DNA from: Eledone cirrhosa
Lineage: Eukaryota
Length of the DNA: 64,000 nucleotides
Reading direction: 5' to 3'
Assembly (NCBI GenBank): GCA_964016885.1
Contig: OZ024741.1
Coordinates: 104,594,001-104,658,000, forward strand
The translations under genes were made by a program, and so were the position numbers. Below are positions 37,324 to 52,404 of this stretch, in pieces. Each line of letters begins with the position of its first letter. Position 1 is the first letter of the stretch. The notes below the pieces were generated by a model, which had not been told where the DNA came from, made no database searches, and saw only the letters and a program-made list of their open reading frames with translations.

Positions 37324-40300
37324 TAGAAATGGCTTCCACTGGACTAGAACGGTGTTTGTACTCTACTAATGCATTGCTTACTAACTGTGGTTACCCCCAT
37401 TGAACCCCGACACACACACACACATATGTATATATATACTCGATGGACATATTTCATATAAATTTGTAGAAAGGGACGAAAAAACCTCTTAGATACTTGT
37501 AATCGACTTTTTTTCTCGGATTAGGGTTAGGGTTAGTTTTAAGGTTAAAATTAGGGCTTCCGTTTTCCGGGAAAACAATTCTATAGCAAGCATCTGAGAG
37601 GTCCAGGCAAAAAACAAAACTAGGAAAGATAATTATTTTCCACTGAATACATACGAGAGTTGTGTAGATCTCCGAAACTCCGATGGTCTTTTCGCCCCCT
37701 TCCATTCCCGTTCTTCTACAAATCTAGTCGTTTCCGACTAGCTTGGGGATCATATTCGACGATAACACGCGAAAAAGAAAAAAATTCTGTAGAGCGGGGT
37801 TATCCGAGAGCAGAAGACACCCTATTTCCTCCGTTCTCCGGGAAAAAAACTTAATAACCAGAATATTGGAGATTAGATTAGCTGATAGCACACGAAAAAA
37901 AAAGTTTTCCCACTGAAATTGAGTTGGGTGTTCTACTGCGATTGACCATTTCAAAAACACGTGATTCTCAGGGAGATTCAGCGTGACTGTGTGTGTGACT
38001 GGCCCTTTGAATTACAGCTACAGTCCACCCGATAGAATTCCAAATAGTTTCTGTTTACACAGTTTCACGCAGAAGACGTGGTTTTACCCGAAGCTAAGGT
38101 GCCACGTAGTGAGATCGAACCCGGAACCTAATGAGTGTGATGCTAATTCTTAAACCGCACACATTTACATATGTATAAATACACATATATTCAAGCATGC
38201 ATGTACACATATATATAATGGCAAAAGAAGTAAATTTAGATATGTCAGAATTTGGTGTCTTACCTGTGACCTGGTAATGTGCCTGATTGGTGGTATACAT
38301 AGTCCAGGAAATTAATTGTATTATTAACATGTATCTATTGAAGGAAGGTGTCTGCTGTTGTCAGCATTCGTCACCTCACACACATATATATATATCCAGT
38401 AAAATAGGACTTGCTTTGTGTATGTGTGTATATATATAAGGAGAGAGAGAAAGAGAGAGATAGATGTAAAATCCCGACCGCGGCGCCAAGCGGTTTCGGC
38501 TCGTATGTTCAGCCCCTCACACTCTCTCTCTCTAAATATATATATATATATATAAATGAAAAACCATTGTACTTTTGAAATATGTATAATAAAATATATA
38601 TTTTGATTATATATATATATATATATATATATGTGCGTGTGTTATATATCTGTCGTCAAAGAAGTTGTTAACATTTAAACCAAGGCTAATTTTTTTAGAA
38701 AAAAACTTTTGGTCCTCTTTTTAAAAAATAAAGTCATTCTTAACTGTTTGCTGGTGCCGCGTGTGTGTATCTGTCTATCTGTTGGTGTGTTTGTGTCTAT
38801 CTATTAGCCCTATCTATATGTTTGTGTATCTATTGTATGTTTGTGAATCTATTGTTTGTTTATGTCTATATGTTGGTCCTATCTGTGTATTTGCTTGTCT
38901 GTCTATCTGTTAGTTCGTCTTCTGCGCGATGATAAAAAAAAATAAAAGAAAGAAATTGTAAGCCGTGGGTGTGCGATAAATTCTTCCCATGTAAGCATAC
39001 ACCCTTAACTAACAATACAGCGCTTCGCTATTACTAAACATCACATCACACACAATTTTAACTCACTAAATACAGTACGACACGGGTAAAGAAAGATATA
39101 TGAAAAAGAAATATATATATTCTTACACACATACACCTCATATATATATATATAATGTATGTGTGTATTATTTTCGCACGCACTTAATTTGACGAGTTTA
39201 GTATATTTTCTTTCCTTTATTTTATTTTGGTCATTAATCTTCGTTTCGTTTAATATATTTTATTTTATTTTATTTTATTTTATAAAGGCTGAGTCGCTCG
39301 TACGTACGATAGAATTCTTTGCAGCATTCGTTCCGGCTCTTTATGTTCTGAGTTCTAATCCTGCTGTGGTCAACATTACCTTTCGTCCTTTCGGGGTTGT
39401 TAAAAGAAAAGTACCAGTCCAGTACTGGGTCGATTCTCTTTCTCTCTCTGAAAGATATGTTCATAAATGGAGAGGGTTGGGCTCCACCAGGTTTAAACCC
39501 CAAGACACGATATGAAACACTACGCTGCACGCTATGACCTCGTAGAAAGGTAAGACTTCATCATGTAGTAGGGTAGTTTTAGATGCAGCGCAGCTAACTA
39601 ACGTTCAGATACTTTCTACTACTACCAGCACCACTACTACCACTATCACCACCATCAACTCACACACATCCATAGCCACGCCTTGTGGGGGGAGCGGACG
39701 AATGGTGGTAAATTATAGAACTGTTTGTGTAGAATTTATAAAACAATTGAAAGTAAGGTTAAAAAAGGAAAACGAGAAGAAAAGTCTACTAGATTTGTTG
39801 GACATCATAACTCAGCTTTAACCATGCGGCGGACATGGCGAAAGCGTTGTGGTGAATAAACAGCCCGCGAGATCTGCTTTGTTGTGAATTAATCGGAAAA
39901 TATTAGAAGAAAACGAGGAACTTTCGGAGATTTCACAATATAGCTGAGGAAAAAACTCCAAGGGGGCGTATTGCAAAATAAATAAACATACATTAGGGTT
40001 TCTTGTATATAAGTTTCCACAGCTGAATTAAGTACTTAAACAATTATGCCCCCCCTACACACACACACTCCTTATATGTGTGTATTGACCTGTCACTCCC
40101 GATAGAGTCGCAGTGGTGCTGTAGCGTGTCATGAGCATTTAAAATAGGATGAAATGCGAACATTGACCTCAGTTAGTTTTGAACTTAGAGCTGGAAAAAA
40201 TACCGCAAAACATTTTATCCGACGTTCTAACAATTCTGCCAAAACGCTGCATTTTCCATATATATATTTTATTGGATGGGGGTGAGACTGAGTTGGGATA

Positions 40301-40763
40301 AAGTGTAGCCGCCGTTTCAAACTAGTCATTTAGTATTTTAGCAATCAATGCTAAATAAACATGAGTTATGTGTTGGTTACAGGTGTAAATATATATATAT
40401 GTGATATACATATGTAGTTTCAGTTGTATATAGATATATTTATAATACACATGTTATATCATTAAAAACACGTGGGACATATAAAAGGAAACAAAACTCA
40501 GAAAATACATGCACATGGACAGTTCTCACTCGTCGGCTGTCTATATATATATGTGTGTGTGTATGTGTTATTGATGTATTTAACCCTGTCATACGATACT
40601 ATATCAAAATTGCTAGAATACAAATGACGTCGAGTGCTCTTTTCATATTACACTATAATTTTCTTAATCATAGCAGCTGCTACCAGTTAGGAAACACCCT
40701 ATAACACAAGTATGTATATATATATATATTTAAATAAATAGAGGTGTGACACACGAGTTGTGA

Positions 40764-41737
40764 TATATTAGTAAAAAGGAAAAGAAAATGCTGACAAATT
40801 TTTCCCAGTGAAAAATAGTTTAATTAGGAATAAGTATAAATTAGTAATAAGTATTAGTTAGTATTCCGTTTTAGTTTTAAGTTTTTACCGGTTGCGCATT
40901 TCTTATGCTTTTCAAAAATAATTTTGAGATAGTGTGCTCGTGATTTTTGCTCTAATCTGATCAGTTTTATATGAAAAATGTGGCTTGGGAGGTATTAAGA
41001 TTTGGTTGGTCGTTGAATGTCACGTGAATAAGCACTATAAATTTCGCGTCAATTCGTGTTGCAAAAATTCTTGTAGTCAAAACAATTTTGATTCGTCGGT
41101 AGGAGTCACGTGAATGTTTAAATTGATTTAAACTTGTTTCGCACCAAATGTAGGTTTGTCGAAAAGTGTCCTTTTCCGCTTGATTGAGTTGCAGGAGAGG
41201 TCAACAGTTCAGGTGTCTATTAAGACAAATATGTGTGGGTTTTTTTATTATGTGTGTGTAGCAAAGTGGTTCATAGTTGTGATAATGGAAATTAATCGGT
41301 CAGTAGGAATGTGTGTGGAGGGGGGGGGGGGGGGGATTTTAACATGTCTTATACGGAGAAATGTGTGTGTGTGTGGGTGTATGTCTGTCTGTATGTTAGT
41401 GTGCGCGTGTGTGTTTGGGTGGATAGACCAGTATTTTTGTGGTACTGGTAAAAATGGCGTACATTATTCGATATTTTCAGTCATTTTCAAAAACGATTCT
41501 CTAAAAAGAACATCAATAAGATCAATAACAAAAGAGGACACTCACACACGCCTTGTTGTTATGACAATACTATACATCATTTCACCTCTTTTGTTAAGAA
41601 ATGCGCAACCGGTAAAAACTTAAAACTAAAACTGAATACTAACTAATACTTATTACTAATTTATACTTATTCCTAATTCAACTATTTTTCACTGGGAAAA
41701 ATTTGTCAGCATTTTCTTTTCCTTTTTACTAATATAT
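40764..41737. repeat. Element bounded by inverted repeats of about 140 bp
   Basis: 40764-40905 is the near-perfect reverse complement of 41595-41737. Confidence 0.85.
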
Positions 41738-41830
41738 ATATATATATATGAATCATTGAGCACTTGCCACACATCTCGGAGGTTGTTTTTCGTTATTTCG
41801 TGGGCCGAAATGCGAATCTCGATAATTTAT

Positions 41831-41892
<62 letters not shown>

Positions 41893-42079
41893 GAGATGTA
41901 TATATACAGTAAGAAGTGTGCTAGCAGCCGAAGCGTATGATAAAGTTATATCTGTATAAATATAGAGTATGTAACCGAGACTGCATCGACATTTATAATA
42001 TACACGCGTATCTAATATGTAAGCGTGTAAATACGTGAAGAAATAAAATTTCCCTGTAAATTGAAAAATATGAGAGAGT

Positions 42080-43272
42080 AAAGGCGTCCAAAGTTAAGAC
42101 ATGGTTGGACTTTGGTGTTAAGCTGGAATCCGACTTTAGATCAGCAAATAAAGTGTTCTCGCGGACCAATCGCCGACATCGTAATAAGAAGTCCTCCTCC
42201 ACATCTGTTATAAGGAATGCGTCTGAGATGCTCCTCTCTTCGGAGAGTTGCATCCTCATGAGGTGGAGAGAATACTTTGTTGGTCTCCTGAACCTGATCA
42301 CAACAGCATCTTCTGATGTACCTGAGGTATGTCTGGGAGTGATGACTTATCTCACAGAGGCTGAGGTCACAAGAGCAGTTAAAGAGCTCAAATATGGCAA
42401 AGCCACTGGGGAAGATAAAATTCAACTCGAGATGTTAAAAGTACTAAATAGAGAAGGTATTCTCTGGATGACTCGTGTGTGCCGGGTGGCCTGAATCTCT
42501 TGAAAGGCATCTAAGCAATGGCAATCGGGACTGATAATCTCAATTTTCAAAAAATGGTTTGGTGCCGAGTGCTGCATGGCTGGAATGAAAATCAGTGCTG
42601 CGAAGACTGAGACACTTGTCCTCTCAAGTAGCTTGCGCAGTGAACTCTACAAATGAATGGAGTTCCACCGAAGCAGGTGGAAAAGTTCAAGTATCTCGGG
42701 GCCGTGTTCACGCGTGGTGGGAGGAATGAGACTGAATTAAATGCAAGAATTGCAGGAGCTGTTGCAGTAATGTGTCAGCTTTAGCATTCGGTAATCAGAA
42801 GAAAGGAGGTGGGTGTAAAAAACAAACACGCTATCTTCAATTCAGTATTCATGCCAACCTTTATTTATGGTTATGAATCTTTGGTAATGACCGAAGGAAT
42901 ACGATCGGTTCCTCCGATGGGTCTTTAGAGTAACGTTTCTCGATAAAGTGCGTAGATCGGAGTTCAGAGGGTCACTCCAGGTAGACCAGCTACTTCTCCA
43001 AATTGAGAGATCACAGCTTTGAAACTATGGGCATGTAATTAGAATGTCCCAGGAAAGAATCACTGGACAGATTTTACGGGCAAAACCAACCGGCAGAAGA
43101 CCCATGATAGATCCCGAGCAAGATTGTTGGATAACATCCATGAGCTGGACTGGTTTCGCTTGGGGATCCAGTTGGATCAATTGGGGACGGTTGCTTCTGA
43201 CAGGATCCGCAGGTAGGAGTGATTGAGGGCTCTGCTCCCACGACCCTATCAGGAATAAGTGGGCGAAGAAGA
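42080..43272 (+). mobile_element. Decayed RTE/BovB-like LINE with internal deletion
   Basis: RWREYF, GKATGEDKI..EMLK, KFKYLG, YGYES, YGHV.RM..ER; (GAA)n tail. Confidence 0.8.
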
Positions 43273-43332
<60 letters not shown>

Positions 43333-43539
43333 GCGCGCGCGTTCACATGTAGTGTACATGATGTAGATACGATATAAAAGGACTAGAATTTGAATGGAGT
43401 CGAGATCACAACATCCTGATCACCTACACCCATCCTGTTTAGTCTGAATGTATATAACACAGGGAGCTGTAAAGATTCATATGTCGAATGAATTGGCAAG
43501 ACTGTATCTTCGGGATACATTTCTGTTTTCTAGTACTTT

Positions 43540-45000
43540 CCGTAGTTAAGCAATGAATGACCTGGTTCTTGTGATGAAGGATTTAAAAGGTTCAATATGT
43601 ATATATGTTTTGTTATGTTATTGTTTAGTCTCAGGTCATCACTAATCGAGCTGATCTGTATTTTTTTTAAGCTCTTCCATCTCTTTTCGGTTTATAACAG
43701 AAATGTCCTTCAAGAACGTATTTATACTGACCTCTATTCTTCTTTTCCACCTTGGCTCTTTTCTCTGATCTACCCAATTGTCTTTTTTTCCTTGACATCT
43801 ACACCCATGTTTTCTGCTACAACAATGCTTGCTGACTTTATCAGATTATTCGTTTCTGTGCTGTTATTTGTTCTGGTGTATTTCGGAATTTCATTCACCT
43901 TTTTTATTTTTTCTAGGTTCAACTTCCATAGGTCAACCTTTTTAAGGTTGTAAATAATGTTACTATTGTCCTCCCGTAACCTTGTCTTTATTCTGTCACA
44001 CATTACCTTCTGTTCATCTGCCACGTCTCCATTAATTCCATTGTCTTCCAGATCATCTATATTTCTTCCACCGAACAAGTTACCATTCACCTTTATTGTT
44101 GGTTACCAAAAATTTATTCATCCTTGTCCTCTACTGTAGTTTCTCATTCCTCAGTACTAGCTGCATTTTAATCATTTTTTCCACAACTGTTTTCTAATAC
44201 CCGTCTTTTGATAGCTTTGAATTTCACTTCTGTCAACCAGTTAATTTTTCTTATTGCTCTGGCTTGGTCATATAACTTCTGCTCTCTGAGTTGAAAGAAG
44301 CCTCTTTCTCTCCATTGTTTATGCATACGTTGTCGGCATCTTTTAATAGCAACACTTTTTTCGTCTACAAGATTACTCGGGTACTAACATTCTATGACCT
44401 CAACATTTAATTGTTTACTACACCCCCGTCGTGTTTGCTGGTCCATTACTAGATAACGACCTGTTGGAGCCGGACCAGGTACTCCAAGCTTGTCGGGCGT
44501 GACACCTTCACCATCAAGGGTTCCAGTCCTCTCAAAAGTTTAATTTGACATTATCACTCATATGCAGTAGCGATTGTCAGGTTGTGCAACTACTAGTGTT
44601 TTTATCGTGACACAATCACTAAGTGGACCATTGATTAAGACTTCATCTAGAGACGTTATATCGTAGCTCATCCGCCTTCATCACAAGGATGAAGCCGTTG
44701 GCAACTTGAAAAGTTGTCACCTAAGTGCCTTAGGTGTGCCATCTACCCCGGTTTTGAAATCAGACTGATTCTTTTCCTAGACATACTGTCAACCAAGTCT
44801 AACTGTCTACCCAAATTGGATGGCCGTTAACTCTCCTGATTTCCACCGCCCTTTGACGAGTTTTGTTTTTTCTCCTGCGGGGTATCCAAAAATCACCCTC
44901 CTCATCAAGAAAACTTGGTGGGGTTGTCGGTTTAGTCGCTCACGCGACAGGTTGTACTGGGTTACATGTTACCAGTAGCATTCGAGAACGATGTGACCCT
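43540..45000 (-). mobile_element. 5' part of an R4/Dong-like LINE (N-terminal ORF remnant plus 5' region)
   Basis: Minus strand: RQRMHKQWRERGFFQLREQKLYDQARAIRKINWLT, TNN.TETNNLI, KPRWKRRIE; upstream region homologous to 57200-57410. Confidence 0.6.
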
Positions 45001-45819
45001 AATTATTATTATTACGTTCTGAGTTCAAATCCCGCCGAGGTTAGCTTTGCCTTTCATCCCTACGGGGTCGATAAAATAAAGTACCAGTAATGCACTGAGT
45101 TTGGTGCAATCGACTTTCCCCTTCCCCAGCATTACTGGCCTTGTGCCTAAATCAAAAACCATTATTAAAAAAAATAAAGAAAGAAAGAAATCATTATTAT
45201 TATTATCATTATTACAAGGGCGGGGGATTGGCAGTATCGGTAGAGGGTTGGACGCCATGCTTTGCAGCATAGAGTTAGGGCTCTTTATCATCTAAGTCCA
45301 ATCCCCCCCCCCCCCCCCCCCCCGGTTAATTTCGCCTTTCATCGTTACGGGATCGATAAAATAAAGTACCAGTCACGCACTGGGGTCGATTTAATAGAGT
45401 TTCCCCTTCCCAAAACTGCTGGCCTTGTGCCTATATAAGAAACCATTATTACAGATCACTCTCGTAAGTTTGTTATTATTCCCATTCTTATCCAGTGTAT
45501 TTTGTGAACATTTGATATTCTTTTATAGTTAAACCAACCGGTATCTTCTTGAACTAATTAGTTTTATCTCTACTTGTAGCCCTTGGGGACTAAACCTGGT
45601 TTTGAAAAATAGAATGGCAAACAATGATTTTTCTTCCGCAATGCAAAACAGCCGGCTCTCCACAGGATAGAAGAGCCTAAAATTCACAAAACAACGACAG
45701 CAGCAGTAGCAGTAACAACAAAGACAATAACTGCACGGGAAAAGTATGAAATAAATTTCCCTCAATTACAACATTCAACACCGCTGCCACCATTAAAAGA
45801 ATCACAACAAAATACAAGG

Positions 45820-46690
45820 AACTGTGACGAGATAACGAGCAGGGTAGTCATTCATACCCAGAAATGGGCCGAGAGGAAACTATCCCTGAAAGGTCGGGTG
45901 GAGATGGTGAACGCGTATATAGCTTCCATCATCTATTGTCGTCTGACCGCCATGCCTTGCCCCAGTTCGCACCTTCTCTTCCACTTCTTGTGGAAGGGAC
46001 AGGTTCCACTTATTAGGCGGTTCATCTACTGCCAACACTCTTTGTGCAGAGGGCTGACCATGCCGTGGCTGGTGAAGGGCAAATATGAGCTGAGACTACG
46101 GCATTTGCAGATATTCCTAATCGGTGAACAGGTATGACCGCCCTTTGTTAAGCATGTCTTTCCGCAGCTCGTCACTTTAACTGCAGTCCTGAGTCCAGCG
46201 AGGATCGAGACTGGGCGCTTGGTATTTCGAATGTTGTTAGGCACTTCACAGCCCTTTACTAATCTGGCAATGCGATCAGTGGAAATTCCATTCTAGCGTT
46301 CTATAGACGATTAGTGGAGGGCAAGAGCGACGACGGCCTTGAGGAGACTCTAGGCGCCGATGAGAACGAACCAGCCAGTCTATCCCGGAGGACTTTCGAT
46401 CCGGGTTCTATGGATGATTACCAGAAATCCCTGGCATGGTAGTGCTACAGGGGAAACTGCCGGTTCGAAACAAACTCTACAGGCATGGAAGTGCTGTCAG
46501 ACGGAGCTGTCCGGGGTGCTCGCAGAGTGATAAAACCGTTCTGCACACACTCGTCCAGTGTCCGGGTATTGCTGGCTTATGGAGTTTTGTCAAGCCACTA
46601 TTGTCACGCGTGGGACGGATCCGGCTATCGACTTCATCGTGAAGACCGCGCCAGCATCTTCTTTTGACTGAGGACAGACAGTTTTCCTGT
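45820..46690 (+). mobile_element. Tx1/L1-like LINE 3' fragment (zf-RVT-like)
   Basis: WAERKLSLKGRVEMVNAYI, FHFLWKG, LPVR.KL.RHG..SCPGC..TVLH..QCP. Confidence 0.75.
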
Positions 46691-48128
46691 GTTTAGAGAG
46701 GAGAGGGGCACCTTCCTAGGGCGTTTAGGGGGGGGGGGGTAGAATCTATGGGATTCTTAACTTACACTATTGGGGAATTTAATTATTATTAATTTGTTGT
46801 TAATTGATATCTGTTATTTTTTATACACGTTTTAAAACTATTTGTAAATACCCACTGTCTTTTTTCTTGTCCCCCATGTTTCGGTCTTAGCGGCCAACAA
46901 AAATATTTATTACGGCCCCTATCTGACTATACTTTTCTAAGGGGGAAGAAACCCGAAAGAAGACACTTTCAAATGCCCGAGAGACAACATAGTAATCTGG
47001 GGCGTTTTGTCGAAATTACTCTAAAGTGCAGTCACCCACTGGTCCTTGTTGACAATTGTTATTGTTTCTATTGTTATGTATATTTATTACAATTTCTATA
47101 ATTGTTATTCCTATTGGGGGTCGATGAAATAAAGTACCAGCTAAATACTGTGGTCGATATAATCGAATTTCCCCTCCCTTCAATTTCTGGCCTTGTGTCA
47201 AAATTTGAAATCATTATCGTGGATTGGCAGTATCGTTAGATCATAGGACATTATGCTTTGCGGCATATAGTTACAACCTTTTACATTCTGAGTTCGAATC
47301 CTACCGAAGTTAACTTTGCCTTTCATCCTTACGAGGTCAGTAAAATAAAGCACCAGTAACATACTGGTTCGATTTAATCGACTGTTCCCTTTCGCCTAAA
47401 TTGTTGGCCTAAATCAGAAACCATTATCATAATTATGATTTGGTGGAGGGTGGCTGCTACGTGTAGCAAGTCAAGGGACTCCGTAAAAGCAGTCTTGTTG
47501 ATAATTTTTTTTACTCCAGTGCATTTAATTACCGTGATGAATGTAACGTCTCCCTCACTCACATGGATATTTCCCCCAATAGGTAAGAAGGAAGTGGTTT
47601 ACGGTGGTGAGGGTAAGGTGAAGAGGGTAGGGTGATAGAGCAAGAGCCGTGATAGAAGGGGTGGAGGAGAAAGGAAGTTACTGAAGTGACACAGCTTGGG
47701 GGGTGGGAAGTTGGGAGTACCTGCTAGATGATGAATGGCGAGTACATAATTAACAAGCGGAAATGGGAGAGAATACAATGGTGTTGGTGGTGATGGGGGA
47801 TAATGCTGGTGATGATAATGGTGTTGATAGTGTTGATGGTGGTGATGGTAGGGCTGGTGATGATAATGGTGGTGATAGTGATGATGGTCATGGTCATGAT
47901 GATGAAGGCGGTGGAGGATTTGGTGGGAGTGGTTGAGATGGTGGTGATGAGGCGCTTGATTTTAGAAGGTTATGTGGTAAGGGAATGAAGTGGTTCAGTA
48001 AAGTCTCAGCGAATGAGTTGAGATGAAGAGAGAGAAAGAGAAGTTGAGAATATAAATTTCAACAGGGTACAAAAATTGGCAAGGTCGTTTGAGTGTAAAA
48101 AACAACAATGTTGGACATTGTAAGACAG

Positions 48129-48207
<79 letters not shown>

Positions 48208-48212
<5 letters not shown>

Positions 48213-48725
48213 TGGAATAGAATGAAACGAAATTTCATTTCTCACTCTTATTACGGCACTTACTTAAATGTAAGTATGTATGTATACGTACATACATATA
48301 TGTATACAGACGTACAGTAGTATGTATATATATACATACATGCACACATATATATATGCACGTATCGGTTTAACGAACATTTATTATAATGCTCGGGTTG
48401 TTTGTTTGTAAACAAATTACGCCGTACAGTGTTTAGGCAACCACGTCACCTTTTTGTTCAACACTGACACAGGAACGATGTACTAGTTTCAAGCTTATTA
48501 GCTATCGTCAGCATCGTATACCTTCCTGCCAGATGGTTGAACGTCTGAAAGTATATACTTTCCTTATGCATATTAACGGCTGAGCAGCCTAATTTGCATA
48601 TCGAGTGAGTTAAGTCGGCCGGGCACACCGAAAACGATAACTGGAATAGAATGAAACGAAATTTCATTTCTCACTCTTAGTACGACAGTTACTTAAATGT
48701 AAGTATGTATGTACGTATACATACA
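48208..48725 (-). mobile_element. Family-A HHR element: 429-bp unit plus partial tandem copy
   Basis: TGGAATAGAATGAAACG at 48213 and 48642; lies between (TA)n tracts. Confidence 0.8.
48475..48517 (-). ncRNA. Minimal type I hammerhead ribozyme, family A (perfect stem I)
   Basis: Minus strand: ACGATG CTGACGA TAGCTAATAAGCTT GAAA CTAG TA CATCGT. Confidence 0.88.
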
Positions 48726-48733
48726 TACATGCT

Positions 48734-48773
<40 letters not shown>

Positions 48774-49063
48774 AAAGTATGAACATAGAATCATTTGATA
48801 AAATATATACACCATCTCCTCTCCCAATCAGCATAATCAACCACACAATAAACCAATTAAACCAGGCTATAAGATTAAAAGGCACCTATGAAGAAATAAT
48901 AGATAAATAAACGACAGCCATCTATCCGCGATCAACAGCTATAGAATATTTAGCCAGCATTTTAATAGCACGTGGAAATCTATTAAATATATCGTCAACC
49001 ATACAAAATAAGGTATAAAATTAAAGTTAGAAGAAAAAATGTATATAAACATACCAAGATTAC

Positions 49064-49117
<54 letters not shown>

Positions 49118-49277
49118 AGGGAGTGTAACTTGGAGTTACTGTACGTTCACCCGGGTGAGCACTCAATGTTTGGGTTCACTTCAGTGTCGAGGTATAGAGC
49201 TAGACAGTGTGTATTATAGTGAAATAAAATAACAAGGACGATTGGTTACTCCTTCATTACGTTTATTGGTATTTCAC

Positions 49278-49316
<39 letters not shown>

Positions 49317-49683
49317 ATGTTTCTATATTTGGCACAAGGCCAGTAATATTTACAAAGGAAAGGAGGCACATGGCTTAGTGGTTAGAACATTGGGCTTGCA
49401 ATCGAAAGGTTGTGAGTTCAATTCTCAGACCGAGTGATGTGTTATTTCCTTGAACAAGACACTTTATTTCACATTGCTCCATTTTACTCAGCTGTAGAAA
49501 TGAGATGATAGGGACTGGGGTCCACATCATTCCACTGCAAAGTGGTCGTGGAGGTGCCACGGCAAAAACACACCCAGCACTCACTGTAAATGAGGTTGGT
49601 GTTAGGAAGGGCATCCAACTGTAGAAATCAAGCCAGAATCAGTTCCCGTCCCACCCTTGCAAGCAGGGAAAAGTGGACGTAAA

Positions 49684-49715
<32 letters not shown>

Positions 49716-50583
49716 GAAAGTCGATTATATCGACTCCAGTACATAACTAGTATTTTATTTTATCGATGAAAGGCAAAGCTCACTTCAGCTATGCCCGTTT
49801 TACTATATCTCAGTAACTAATTATTAGACAAAATATCCAAATATAGTTTAACACATAGATTGTCACCAATAACAACAACAACAACAACAGCAAAATCATA
49901 TCAACAACAGCAAAACAAGGGGCAATGACCAAAAAAGCAGCAGCAGCAACATAGCAGCAGCAGCAACAGTAATAGTGACAGCAACGAACATGAGAAAGTA
50001 GCTAGCCAACCAACAAGCGAGGTGATCCCAGGTACCACCTTGGTTAATAGCAGCTGCTCTCGCAGATATCGAGTACAAGACGCCCATTCTAGACGTCTAT
50101 AAAATAAGAAAAGAAAATTAGTCCGGGGATGGAACTATTTATCCAAACGGACCATGACTGCATCGAGGCCATCCCCGATATAATAGGTCTAGCAGATGGC
50201 AGCTACCTTCCCAGAACCGTGGAAGGGACAAAAACCCACAAGAAAAGAAAAGGCCCTTCTCCTTCCACCCTCACCCGGCACGCAAAGATTTCAAAAGTTG
50301 TATTGGGCTATGGACGGAGGCAACCGTCAACAATAGATGCTGGATCGCCTTGAAAAGGTTTAGTAAAGCAGTAGCGACAGTGAAAACTAAACTAGAATTA
50401 GGACTAGTTAGAAAGCTAGATGAAGTCCTTAGGAAATTGCAGTCGACATGCTCGCGGCAAGATTGGCGCTCAACTAATTCTTCAAGGCGATCCATGGTCG
50501 GGGGAACTATAAAAGTAAAAGCCGACTTATTTTAGCTGATCTAGCTTATATCCCCCCAAACTGAGATTTTGGCTTAAGTTTAA

Positions 50584-52056
<1,473 letters not shown>

Positions 52057-52277
52057 ATATATATTTTTTTTTCTGTGTGGTCTGCCCTTGGTGGTAGGGT
52101 CTGTAGTCCGTACCGTAGATAGAACTCAATGTAATCCGATGGCGAGTAATCCAGTGATTCTATAGAAAAGTTCCGTGTTCCGCCGAGTTAATTCCTTTGA
52201 TACAGAGTCAGATATTAGGTATTAAATTAAGAATGAAAATAAAAACAACAAAGTCAATTATTTTACCTATTCATATC

Positions 52278-52404
52278 ATTGTTTGACTATCGTTTCGGTG
52301 GGTTGATCATATTGACATATTGTCTGATCTATAGCAATTATATAACTGTATACTATCAGAACCTCATATACAGGTTCGATCAGACCGTCTTCTTCGGAAA
52401 CAAT
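52278..52404 (-). ncRNA. Type I hammerhead-like motif, core variant CCGAAGA, long stem II
   Basis: Minus strand: ATTGTTT CCGAAGA [about 95 nt including GTCTGATC/GATCAGAC] GAAA CGATAG TC AAACAAT. Confidence 0.65.

Noticed and set aside
37520-37560. TTAGGG repeats as a telomere remnant
   Set aside because: Only 2-3 degenerate units inside what appears to be dispersed repeat sequence.
39455-39549. AG..GT-bounded exon-like segment (MKHYAARYDLVE)
   Set aside because: Stops in all full frames, the acceptor lies in a SINE tail, and no partner exons were identified.
50000-50535. Short ORFs as a host gene or LINE ORF1
   Set aside because: No motif I can identify with confidence.
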